From Octopus bimaculoides (lineage: Eukaryota): a stretch of DNA of 32,600 bases. The notes below the pieces were generated by a model that searched no databases, was not told the origin of the DNA, and worked only from the letters and a program-made list of their open reading frames with translations. Below, one piece after another: positions 1-9,441 of the stretch. How positions within the stretch are numbered: the first letter of the stretch is position 1; each line of letters begins with the position of its first letter. The stretch lies in assembly GCF_001194135.2 (NCBI RefSeq), contig NC_068983.1, positions 9,987,329 to 10,019,928 of the forward strand. The letters run 5' to 3'. A program made the position numbers and the translations under genes.

Positions 1-43
1 TATATATATATACATACACATACACATACATACACATATATAT

Positions 44-200
44 GATGGGCTTCTTTCAGTTTCCATCTACCAAATCCACTCACAAGGCTTTGGTCGGCCC
101 GAGGCTATAGTAGAAGACACTTGCCCAAAGTGCCATGCAGTGGGAATGAACCCGGAACCATGTGGTTGGTAAGCAAGCTACTTACCACACAGCCACTCCT
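44..200 (-). mobile_element. SINE family A, 5' half
   Basis: Reverse complement of aggagtggctgtgtggtaag...gaaagaagcccatc, preceded by (TA/CA)n; same sequence as the copies at 2968 and 13681. Confidence 0.85.
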
Positions 201-472
201 TTGATTTTTTTCTTATAGGGTACCTTATTTTGTTTCCAAAAATGTTCCAGAAAATCAATCTGTGTCTTTATAAAGCACAAAGTCAGTATTTAGATAACTG
301 GCAATTAATGATTCAAGAACAGGCCTTCCAAAATTGCAGTCCGTCTTGGAAGCTTGTGTGCCTTATGAATCATAATATACAATATTTGTTGAATATATGT
401 TACTTATAGTGACAATAATTCATAAATTCTAAATTGATTTCTTTCTTTTTTTCTCTTTTATTATAACTACAG

Positions 473-583
473 GAGGGTTTGCTAGACCGGCACGAGTTTC
501 TCACTTGGTTACTTGAACACATGGAAAAGATACGACCAAATGATGATTCTGTGTTGAAATTATTACTTGGACAAATTGTTTAT
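473..583 (+). CDS. MED12: MED12 exon 1 of window (phase 0 to 0)
   Basis: acag|GAG...TAT|gtaag; [37 protein letters not shown], resembles recalled human [22 protein letters not shown]. Confidence 0.95.
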
Positions 584-610
584 GTAAGCTATTAATATTA
601 TTATCTATAG

Positions 611-810
611 GACAGCGAGCTAGCACAATTGTTAGCATGCTGGACAAAATTTTATGTGGTATTTTTTCCAGCTTTACGTTCAGAGTTCAAATGCCACCAA
701 GATCAGCTCTGATTTTTTTTTTTCCTTTTGGGGTCAATAAAGTAAGTACTAATTGAGCACCTGTGTTGATGTAATTGACTTTCCCCTCCCATCAAAATTG
801 CTGGCTTGTG
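611..810 (+). mobile_element. SINE family C, old degenerate copy
   Basis: Aligns by eye with the reverse complement of 26400-26627 (gagctagcacaattgttagcatgc...gagttcaaat...ggggtcaataaagtaagtac). Confidence 0.65.
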
Positions 811-836
811 CCATTAAAGCAATGGATTTTTAGAGT

Positions 837-1410
837 CATCATCATCGTTTAACGTCTGCCTTCCATGCTGGCATGGGTTGGATGGTTTGACAGGAGCTGG
901 CCAGGCAGAAGAATACACCAGACTTCTGTGTCTGTTTTGGCATGGTTTTTACAGCTGGATGCCCTTCCTAACACCGACCACCCCGCAAAGTGGACTGAGT
1001 GCTTTTTATGTGGTACCAGCATAGGCAAGGTCAGATTTGGCATTGTTTTTACAGTTGGATGCCAACCACTTTACAGTGTGGACTCGAGGTTTATTTACAT
1101 TCATCATCATTTAACGTCCGCCTTCCATGCTAGCATGGGTTGGACGATTTGACTGAGGACTGGTGAACCAGATAGCTGCACCAGGCTCCAGTCATTATCA
1201 TTTACTGCCTCATTTTCCATGATAGCATGAGTTGGCTGGTTTTTATTCAGACAGATTTTCTGTAGCTGGATGCCCTTTTTGTTGGCAACCCTCATCTGTT
1301 TCCAAGCAAGTTAATATTTCCCATGGCAAGACAGATTTTTCGTGAAAGACTTGAAACAAACAATATTATTTGTGTGAAGATGATGCTCTTTTACAACCAC
1401 CACATGACAT
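837..1410 (-). mobile_element. Cluster of (GAT)n-tailed family B-related retroposon copies
   Basis: Tails catcatcgtttaacgtc...ccatgctggcatgggttgg start near 837, 1102 and 1192; shared acagctggatgccct motif. Confidence 0.75.
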
Positions 1411-1464
1411 CAAGACAAGGGTATGCACATGCGTGTGCACATGCGTGTGCACGTACATGCACAC

Positions 1465-1582
1465 ACAGTATTGCTCAGCCTGGGGCTGTAGCAGAAGACA
1501 CTTGTCCAAGGTGCCTTCCAGTGGGACTGAACCTCAAATCACATGGTTGGGAAGCAAGCTGCTTAACCATACAGCCATAGCT
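1465..1582 (-). mobile_element. SINE family A, degenerate 5' fragment
   Basis: gtagcagaagacacttgtccaagg...ccatacagcc. Confidence 0.7.
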
Positions 1583-1772
1583 GTGCTCAAGGTCAATATC
1601 TGTTGCTTTTACTTTTGTTTTTCAGCCTTTTTGACTCTATAAAATATAGGACCAGTTAAGTACTCTGATTGATAAAGTCGTTATCCCTTCCTTCCCACAA
1701 TATTTGTACCCTTTGTTAAAAAAAAAGTAAATAAATCAAGATTTCCTTCTAATGGAAGACATTTTTGTTCAG

Positions 1773-1912
1773 TATCTAGATGAAGTGTCTATGTCAGTTT
1801 ACTTATCACGAAAACTGTCTCACTTTTGTGCCAAAAGAATCGCTCAGTTTACATCAGAATATGGAATTTGCTCTCCTCGAACGGATTCTCCTATGATGAC
1901 AAATGGAAATGG
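1773..1912 (+). CDS. MED12: MED12 exon 2 (0 to 2)
   Basis: ttcag|TAT...GG|gtaag; YLDEVSMSVYLSRKLSHFCAKRIAQFTSEYGICSPRTDSPMMTNGN, matching the YLSRRLAYFC motif. Confidence 0.93.
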
Positions 1913-2256
1913 GTAAGTAGAGTTTGGATTTCTTTGAATTTACTTATGATTCTCATAGTTTCTGGTGTTTTGAAAGACTTCAGTGACAATGGTAAAATGA
2001 GTGGAAAGTTATATCCTTGACCTTTTGGTCGGGCATCTAAGACTGATGGGAGGAAGAGAATGAGTTATCCTGAGATCAAAAGCCTGGTATAAATGCTTGC
2101 ATAAGAGCGGACCTTACTGAAGTGCACTCAAGGGCCAGTCTTAAACCAGACAACAGATTTAGTACATCACTCAGTATTTTTTTCTTTGTTCCTCTCAAAG
2201 CCAAGAACGTGTCTTTTTGTCTTAGTTTCCTAAATGGTAAATTAACATTGCCTATA

Positions 2257-2630
2257 CTCTTTTACTTGTTTCAGTCATTTGACTTTGGCCATGCTGGAGC
2301 ACCGCCTTTAGTCGAGCAAATCAACCCCAGGACTTATTCTTTGTCAGCCTAGTACTTATTCTATCGGTCTCTTTTGCCAAACCACTAAGTTACGGGGACG
2401 TAAACACACCAGCATCGGTTGTCAAGCGATGTTGGTGGGGGACAAACAGTCACACAAACATATACACACATACATATATATATACATATATACGACGGGC
2501 TTCTTTCAGTTTCCGTCTACCAAATTCACTCACAATGCTTTGATCAGCCTGAGGCTATAGTAGAAGACACTTGCCCAAGATGCCACGTAGTGGGACTGAA
2601 CTCGGAACCATGTGGTTGGTAAACAAGTAC
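2257..2630 (-). mobile_element. SINE family A, near full length
   Basis: tactcttttacttgtttcagtcatttgac...gaaccatgtggttggtaa with internal (TA/CA)n. Confidence 0.88.
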
Positions 2631-2967
2631 TTAAAAATATTTTGCTTTTGTTGTTGTTGTTTTCTCTACTGGCATGACATGAAATCTCTCACAGTATTTT
2701 ATCATCTGACACTCATAAGAGAAAATCTTCAATCTTCATTGTATATAGCAAGGCATTCTTTGCATTGCCAACCACTTTAAACTATAAACGGAGTGTATTT
2801 GATCATGTCATTGACTCGAGGGAGACTATCTGCTTGGACCATAGAGTCTCATCTACTTTATTAACTCTGACAGGAATTGAACACAAATGTAGAAGAATGA
2901 AACTCAATACCCAATGGTAGTTTCCATTAATTCACCACCATGAGTTGTTAGATTATTAACCATTAGG

Positions 2968-3380
2968 CACAGGAGTGGCTGTGTGGTAAGTAGCTTGCTT
3001 ACCAACCACATAGTTTCGGGATCAGTCCCACTGCGTGGCACCTTGGGCAAGTGTCTTCTACTATAGCCTCGGGCCGACCAAAGCCTTGTGAGTGGATTTG
3101 GTAGACAGAAACTGAAAAAAGCCCGTCGTATATATGTATATATATATATGTGTGTATGTATGTGTGTGTGTATGCTTGTGTGTCTGTGTTTGCCCCTCTA
3201 GCATCGCTTGACAACTGATGCTAGAGTGTTTATGTCCCTGTCACTTAGCGGTTCGGCAAAAGAGACTGATAGAATAAGTACTAGGCTTACAAAGAATAAG
3301 TCCTGGGGTTGATTTGCTCGACTAAAAGGCGGTGCTCCAGTATGGCCACAGTCAAATGACTGAAACAAGTAAATAAGAGT
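2968..3380 (+). mobile_element. SINE family A, full length
   Basis: tRNA-like head, internal microsatellite, 3' end gactgaaacaagtaaataagagt; attagg duplicated at 2962-2967 and 3381-3386. Confidence 0.9.
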
Positions 3381-3431
3381 ATTAGGTGATGGTTTTTGTG
3401 ATGTGGCTGTAAGAAGGATTATTTTAAATGT

Positions 3432-3657
3432 TTGAATCCTTTTGATATCACCCTGCCTGGGACTGCCTCTGGTTCTGTGACTCCAATTTCTTGTTTAAAG
3501 TGATTTAAATTAAAAGCATCCATCAAAAATTCATGGAAATTTGTTTTAAATACGTATTTTATAATGACAAAGTTATTTTATTAGATTTTTTATTTTTTAG
3601 AATTAATTAAAACAAAAACAAACTATTTCTACATAATTATGATAGCAAAAATGTTAA
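3432..3657. mobile_element. Degenerate MITE with TTAA-type ends
   Basis: Left tgaatccttttgatatca vs reverse complement of right end ttaacatttttgctatca (13/18 by eye). Confidence 0.45.
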
Positions 3658-3873
3658 GTTAGTCAACTTGACTGAGTGGGCTGTACTCATGATGCTTGTT
3701 GCCTCCCTCCAGATTGATGTGGCTACAGGGTGAATAATCTTAGATAAAGGTGGATGGACAAGAGGGGAAACAGGTTCTGGTCAGAATGGTTACAACAAAG
3801 TGAACTAAGCTAAAGGCAATCATAGACCAGCTGGTAAATTTAAAGGCAGTCAAGGACCAGCTGGTAATGTTAA

Positions 3874-4164
3874 CCCATTACCTCCCATAATTCTATTAAC
3901 TGGAATTTTTTTTATGCAACTTTGATTTCTAGCATAAAACAGCCTTAGAAACACACTGGAATGATCAGAATAACATTTCAAAATAACATTTTAAATAGAA
4001 ATAAGCAAGATATTGGGTGAAAAATTAGCAAACCTCATTTGAATATCAGAGAAATATACCTAGTAGATATAGCAAAAAGGTTAGATATGTGTAAATATTG
4101 ACAGATAATTAAGAAATTTGCAATTTTCAAGTGATCTCATATGAGATCACTGGTAGGTAATGGG
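3874..4164. mobile_element. piggyBac-like MITE (291 bp)
   Basis: TTAA|CCCATTACCT...AGGTAATGGG|TTAA; perfect 10-bp TIR, 13/14 when extended; TTAA on both flanks. Confidence 0.8.
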
Positions 4165-4357
4165 TTAAGAGAAGCATAACTAGATTTGAACTCCTTATCA
4201 ACTATATGAAAAACTAGTGCTGTAAACTCTCATTTGTTTTACCATTTTATAATAGTGGTAGTTTTTTGGGTTTTTTTGTCTGTGGATGTATGGAATCTTA
4301 ATTGTGTTTGAATACATTCCATGTATATTGAAATGCTCTGTTGTTTAATTCTCACAG

Positions 4358-4613
4358 GACAGGAAACAATAACCCACTCTCAAACCCTCTCTCTGTGCTC
4401 TTCACTGAATATGTAACGTGCCTTGAACATCGTAGCCTCATTCTCATGTTATGTGCCACACTACAAATCATTACCATCCGCTGTCCTGCCGCTCTTGTCT
4501 GGAACAACCTTGGGGATGGCAAAACCTGTAACTTTTTATGTGGATCACCCTTGGATCTACTTGGATGTGGTACTTCTTCACTTCCTATGCCTCCTAACCC
4601 AGACAATCAACTG
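4358..4613 (+). CDS. MED12: MED12 exon 3 (2 to 0)
   Basis: cacag|G...CTG|gtaag; ...EHRSLILMLCATLQIITIRCPAALVWNNLGDGKTCNFLCGSPLDLLGCGTSSLPMPPNPDNQL (CPxALVW and GSPLD motifs). Confidence 0.95.
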
Positions 4614-4659
4614 GTAAGTCTATAGAATGTTATGTTTTTATATACACACAGAAACACAC

Positions 4660-4800
4660 TTCATGATCGTTTAACATCTGTTTTCCATGCTGGCATGGGT
4701 TGGATGACTTGACAGGAGCTGGCTGGGCTAGAAGCTGCATCAGGTTCCATAGCCTGTTTTGGCATGGTTTCTACAGCTGGATACCCTTCCTAATGCCAAG
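4660..4800 (-). mobile_element. Family B-related retroposon, 3' part
   Basis: gatcgtttaacatctgttttccatgctggcatgggttgg...cccttcctaatgccaa. Confidence 0.8.
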
Positions 4801-4893
4801 TGACGTTGTATACAGGCAAATCTAAGAACAAAAAAAAAAAAATACAGGGAAGAAACAACATAAGTCAATTGGATGAACATAGTGAATATATTA

Positions 4894-5091
4894 GATTTGA
4901 CACTCAGTGAAACTTTTAGATGGGAAAGTAGGAGTAGGAACGAGTCTACTGTACCAAATCAAAGACTTTGGAAGAACTTGAAGGGCGAATACGAGAAGTT
5001 AATTCTTCCATCCCACAAGAGTTCATGGTGAAATCAGTTGATGCAATTCCGGGGTAACTCAAGAAGCTGGTGGCAACATGTTGAGTTTTAA
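4894..5091 (+). pseudogene. Decayed Tc1/mariner-superfamily transposase C-terminus
   Basis: 4944 onward: VYCTKSKTLEELEGRIREVNSSIPQEFMVKSVDAIPG*LKKLVA, then HVEF* after a deletion; upstream DLT resembles SPDLTP. Confidence 0.75.
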
Positions 5092-5244
5092 ATAAAACCT
5101 CATAACAAAAGCCTTCCTCTCATATCTGTTTTTTTCGTAAAAATTACAATTAATAAATAATTTACAAGTGTTTTAAGATAGGGTGTTTATGTATCTTGGT
5201 TGCTTTACAAACCAGTTTTTGTGTTATTTCATGTTATCCATTCA

Positions 5245-5526
5245 TCCATTTGCCAGTGCTGTTGGACTGGCTCCTGTGCAGGTGGCACGTAAAATACACC
5301 ATTTTGAGCGTGGCCATTGCCAGTACCGCCTGACTGGCCTTTGTGCCGGTGGCATGTAAAAGNNNNNNNNNNTGGTTGGCGTTAGGAAGGGCATCCAGCT
5401 GTAGAAACTCTGCCAAATCAGATTGGAGCCTGGTGTAGCCATCTGGTTTCACCAGTCCTCGGTCAAATCGTCCAACCCATGCTAGCATGGAAAGCGGACG
5501 TTAAACGATGATGATGACGTTGATGA
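5245..5526 (+). mobile_element. Family B retroposon with 65-bp hairpin units and (GAT)n tail
   Basis: gccagt..actggc..gtgccggtggca units, ggttggcgttaggaagggcatccagctgtag, tail gttaaacgatgatgatg; 10-N gap inside. Confidence 0.88.
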
Positions 5527-5752
5527 TTCAAATTCCCTTGTCAAAAGTAATGCTTTTTTTATTCACATTGTTTTCAATAAATTCTGCAATGTCTCGTAGC
5601 TTCAATATTCTGATGCTGTGATTGTTTCATTTTTAGAATGATATTGTTAGGTAAGTGTGAGAAGCCAAATCTGGCTGTTTTGAGCATAAAACAGGTAGGA
5701 TATTTGATCCTGACTTGGCTAGTTTAAATACTCAAGGACTAATTATCATCTA
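5527..5752. mobile_element. Degenerate MITE-like repeat, family H (also ~12725-12826 and ~18075-18162)
   Basis: Shared blocks between copies: tgtcaaaagtaatgc/tgtcaaatgtaatgc; gtgtgagaagccaaatctggc/atgtgagaagcaaaatctggc; gtttaaatactcaag/gtttaaatgctaaag. Confidence 0.55.
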
Positions 5753-6025
5753 GCTTACCTGTAGAAATTCCACGGTTATTTTGAAAATTATGTTTTGAAG
5801 TTTATATGAAATACACGATCTCATTTGCAATGGTATTTATTCTATGAAATAAGTAGCAGTTGTGTACTGGGGTCAGCATAATCAACTATCCTCTTCTTTG
5901 GTTTTGTTTCTGTCATAGAAAGAAATATAAACGACACAAATGTTATTTCTATGATTGCTGCAGTCCACTAACATAATTTATGAAGGTAAATATTATATTA
6001 TATGTTTTACTTATGTTCTTTCTAG

Positions 6026-6125
6026 ATACGAGCCAAAATCCGTGCTGTTGAACAGCAGATTAGACTTCGTGGTCATGCTGCTGAAGTCAGGTGGTCATCA
6101 GATAAATGCCAACAGTCAACTAAAG
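6026..6125 (+). CDS. MED12: MED12 exon 4 (0 to 1)
   Basis: tctag|ATA...G|gtaat; [33 protein letters not shown]. Confidence 0.95.
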
Positions 6126-6200
6126 GTAATATTGGGTGTGCTTTCTTTCATCTAATTTAATTTCAACATCAAAATTTATGTATTTATATGCAGCTAAGAG

Positions 6201-6408
6201 CACCGTCCGAGCTTGATCGTTGCCAGAGCAGCTGTCTGGCTCCCGTGCCAGTGACACGTAAATAGCACCATTTGAGCGTGGCTGTTACTAGCGTCACCTT
6301 ACTGGCACTTGTGCCAGTGGCATGTGAAAAGACATTCGAGCGAGGTCGTTGCCAGTGCCACTGGACTGGCTCCTGTGCAGGTGGCACATAAAATACACCA
6401 TTTTGAGC
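6201..6408 (+). repeat. Orphan 65-bp minisatellite array (3 units plus start of a 4th) from family B
   Basis: Unit starts at 6201, 6266, 6331 and 6396; internal hairpin actggcac-tt-gtgccagt at 6301-6318. Confidence 0.85.
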
Positions 6409-6441
6409 TAATATTATTTCATTTTCTTTTTTTTTTCTCAG

Positions 6442-6578
6442 GTTTCACTATCAGTAAAGTTTTGAATGTATTGGATATTCTCGATTGCCATTATTTTGAC
6501 AAAGTCGATGCCAATAACTCAATGAATTCTCTGTACAATAAAATCTTCTGTCACAACGAAAATAAAGAAGGTAATGAG
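6442..6578 (+). CDS. MED12: MED12 exon 5 (1 to 0)
   Basis: ctcag|GT...GAG|gtaag; GFTISKVLNVLDILDCHYFDKVDANNSMNSLYNKIFCHNENKEGNE; donor chosen to keep frame with the next exon. Confidence 0.92.
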
Positions 6579-6703
6579 GTAAGCCAAGAATCCTTTTCTC
6601 CATTTGAAATTTTCGTAGGGACTACATTCACACACACATCATCATCATCATCCTTTACATCCATGTAAATCTTTCATGCATTATTATTATTATTATTATT
6701 ATT

Positions 6704-7157
6704 GAGTGAGAGAGCAGGGCATGCCATCAAAGTGACACTGGGGCAAAATATACAAAGCCCATTATACCTATCATGACTACCCGTCTGATAAGGGTACACC
6801 AGGCACATGCATCACAACCATATGTGCGCGACACAGTGGTCTCATATCAAGATAAACAGCGCATGACCTCGCAGGTGGGACCCAGTTAGAATTTTCTTCA
6901 GGTCGAGTAGCTCATCCCGCTCAAAAGATCCTTGAATAAAGGTTGTTTAAGGATGCCAAACGAAATACCCATGTTTCCAAGGGTGAATTGTTCAAACCCC
7001 AAAGAGTTCCTCTCAACACATGGCTATGATGCTCCCCCACTACTTCTGCTCATGATCAGAGATGCACATATCGTCAGCCACCAAGGGTCATGCTCAACTG
7101 GTTAAGGTCCAGCAACTGACAAGCAAATCTGTGGTATTGAGCAGAATATTTGCTGTA
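6704..7157 (-). mobile_element. Unclassified ~450-bp element (family F) between (TTA)n tracts
   Basis: GC-richer block bounded by (TTA)n at 6681-6703 and 7158-7169; no long ORF; strand inferred from an assumed (AAT)n 3' tail. Confidence 0.55.
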
Positions 7158-7170
7158 TTATTATTATTAT

Positions 7171-8430
7171 TTGTTGTTGTTGTTGTTGTTGTTGTTATGG
7201 CTGGGTTCCAACAACAAAGTCTACCCACTTCTCAGTCATCACTGCCTTGAGGTCCTGGATACATTCCAGGCCAATGTCTGCAATCAAGTTGTCGATGTAA
7301 ATGTGGCACCATTTTCCTGAGTGGTTGGCGTTTTGGAAGGGCATCCAGCTGTAGAAACTCTGCCAATTGGAAATATGCTGTGCTTGAGAAGACCCGGCAA
7401 GCCAAGTGAGACCTAAATCTAAGGCCTCAGCCAGTCCACTTATGCGTACCTTCCTTTATTGGACACTAAACTCCACTTGCGAAGGCCTGTTGAGGCAAGT
7501 GAAATCGAAATCGAGTTAAATTGGACACTAAACTCCGCTTGCGAAGACCTGTTGACGCAAGTGAAATCNNNNNNNNNNNNNNNNNNNNNNNNNNNNNNNN
7601 NNNNNNNNNNNNNNNNNNNNNNNNNNNNNNNNNNNNNNNNNNNNNNNNNNNNNNNNNNNNNNNNNNNNNNNNNNNNNNNNNNNNNNNNNNNNNNNNNNNN
7701 NNNNNNNNNNNNNNNNNNNNNNNNNNNNNNNNNNNNNNNNNNNNNNNNNNNNNNNNNNNNNNNNNNNNNNNNNNNNNNNNNNNNNNNNNNNNNNNNNNNN
7801 NNNNNNNNNNNNNNNNNNNNNNNNNNNNNNNNNNNNNNNNNNNNNNNNNNNNNNNNNNNNNNNNNNNNNNNNNNNNNNNNNNNNNNNNNNNNNNNNNNNN
7901 NNNNNNNNNNNNNNNNNNNNNNNNNNNNNNNNNNNNNNNNNNNNNNNNNNNNNNNNNNNNNNNNNNNNNNNNNNNNNNNNNNNNNNNNNNNNNNNNNNNN
8001 NNNNNNNNNNNNNNNNNNNNNNNNNNNNNNNNNNNNNNNNNNNNNNNNNNNNNNGGTTGGCATTAGGAAGGGCATCCAGGTGTAGAAACTCTGCCAGATC
8101 AGATTGGAGCCTGGTGTAGCCATCTGGTTTCACCAGTCCTCAGTCAAATCGTCCAACCCATGCAAGCATGGAAAGCGGACGTTAAACGATGATGATGACA
8201 TCACCTTCAAGAGGGTCCCACAAGACTTATTCGGATGCCTCTAGTTTAGGGTGGCACATGCAGTGACCAGTGACCAGATAATCGCAGTCTACTTTGCCTG
8301 ATTTTCTTGCTAACTTTTGGCACGTGTCCGTATAGGCATTTATTGAGTATGGCCATTTCCCTGATGATGCAAGAATCTTGTCTTCTTTTCTAATTTCCTC
8401 CAGCTTCCATCTATCCAGTGTCACTCATAA
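7171..8430 (-). mobile_element. Decayed RTE-clade LINE 3' end, interrupted by a family B insertion
   Basis: 8350-8270 ILNKCLYGHVPKVSKKIRQSRLRLSGH; 8262-8203 CMCHPKLEASE*VLWDPLEG; 7317-7195 GKWCHIYIDNLIADIGLECIQDLKAVMTEKWVDFVVGTQP*; then (AAC)n tail. Confidence 0.8.
7319..8198 (+). mobile_element. Long family B composite with 62-bp tandem units; centre in N gap 7569-8054
   Basis: ggttggcgtt..gaagggcatccag motif at both 7323 and 8055; (GAT)n tail ends at 8198. Confidence 0.75.
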
Positions 8431-8609
8431 AACTTGGGTCAACTCAAGGTTGTACTTAAAGACATTTGCTCAAGGTGCTACACAAACCCCATGGTTGCAG
8501 ACAGTATTATTTGAGTTCAAGTTCTGGCAGAGATAACTTTGCTTTTAAAACAATTAAACAAGTACCAGTTGTATGCTAAGGGCAATAAAATAAGTACTAG
8601 TGATGTGTT

Positions 8610-9010
8610 ATCTTTTATCTTTTGCTTCTTTCAATCATTGGACTGTGACCATGCTGGAGCACTGCCTTGAAATGTTTTAGTCAAACAGATTGCCCCCCCC
8701 CCTCTCCTTATTTTATAAGTCTAGTACTCATTCTATCTATTCTCTTTTGCTGAACTGCTAAGTTACAGAGATTGTAAACAAACCAACACAGGTTGTCTAG
8801 TGGTGCAGGGGACAAACGCAGACACTAAGACTCACTCTCATTCACTCACACACACACATACACACACACACACACACACATATATGATGGACTTCAGAGG
8901 GCATTGGTTGGCCCCTGGACTATAGTAGAAGACACTTGCCCAAGGTGCCACTCAGTGGGACTGAGCCCAAAGTCACACGGGTTGCAAAGCAAGCTTCTTA
9001 ACTACATCGT
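8610..9010 (-). mobile_element. SINE family A, degenerate full-length copy
   Basis: ttcaatcattggactgtgaccatgctggagcactgcc...tagtagaagacacttgcccaaggtgcc. Confidence 0.75.
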
Positions 9011-9309
9011 TATGTCTGTAACTGTAATGACTTATTTATTATAATGTTGATTTAATTGTCTTCACCTCTTCTTTTTGACAAATTAGCAATAAGTTAACAT
9101 TGGAAACCTCTGATTTGAACAAAAAGTAAACTTGACTTCACGAGGTAGCGCCACCATGTCAGCTACAGAACAGTTCTTTTGTAAATAAATGTTGTGCCTG
9201 TTTAGCATCCAAAATATTAATGATTATGTTAAATCTAAATCAGAATTATATAAACCGAAATGTTTGTAAGTGTTGTTAATGATTGCTTATTTATTTGACC
9301 TCTCTTCAG

Positions 9310-9441
9310 CCGCTTGTTAGTGATGACCCGATCATTAAACTACTCATTGACTGGGCAGTCACCATACAACGGACTGGTAATTACAGAGCTGTCGTTGTTG
9401 CTAAGCTGTTAGAACGACGCCAGAATGATATGCGGAATGAG
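9310..9441 (+). CDS. MED12: MED12 exon 6 (0 to 0)
   Basis: ttcag|CCG...GAG|gttag; PLVSDDPIIKLLIDWAVTIQRTGNYRAVVVAKLLERRQNDMRNE (WAV...RA.VVAKLLE motif). Confidence 0.95.

Noticed and set aside
6201-6408. Regularly spaced palindromic 65-bp and 62-bp units as a CRISPR-like array
   Set aside because: Contiguous tandem units with no unique spacers, inside a eukaryotic intron and part of a retroposon; no cas genes.
6571-6578. Alternative donor gaag|gtaatg at 6571; extra AGs near the acceptors of exons 3, 8, 9 and 17
   Set aside because: All would shift the frame relative to neighbouring exons.
9145-9160. Perfect Kozak-like gccaccATG
   Set aside because: Intronic, with no substantial ORF or promoter evidence.
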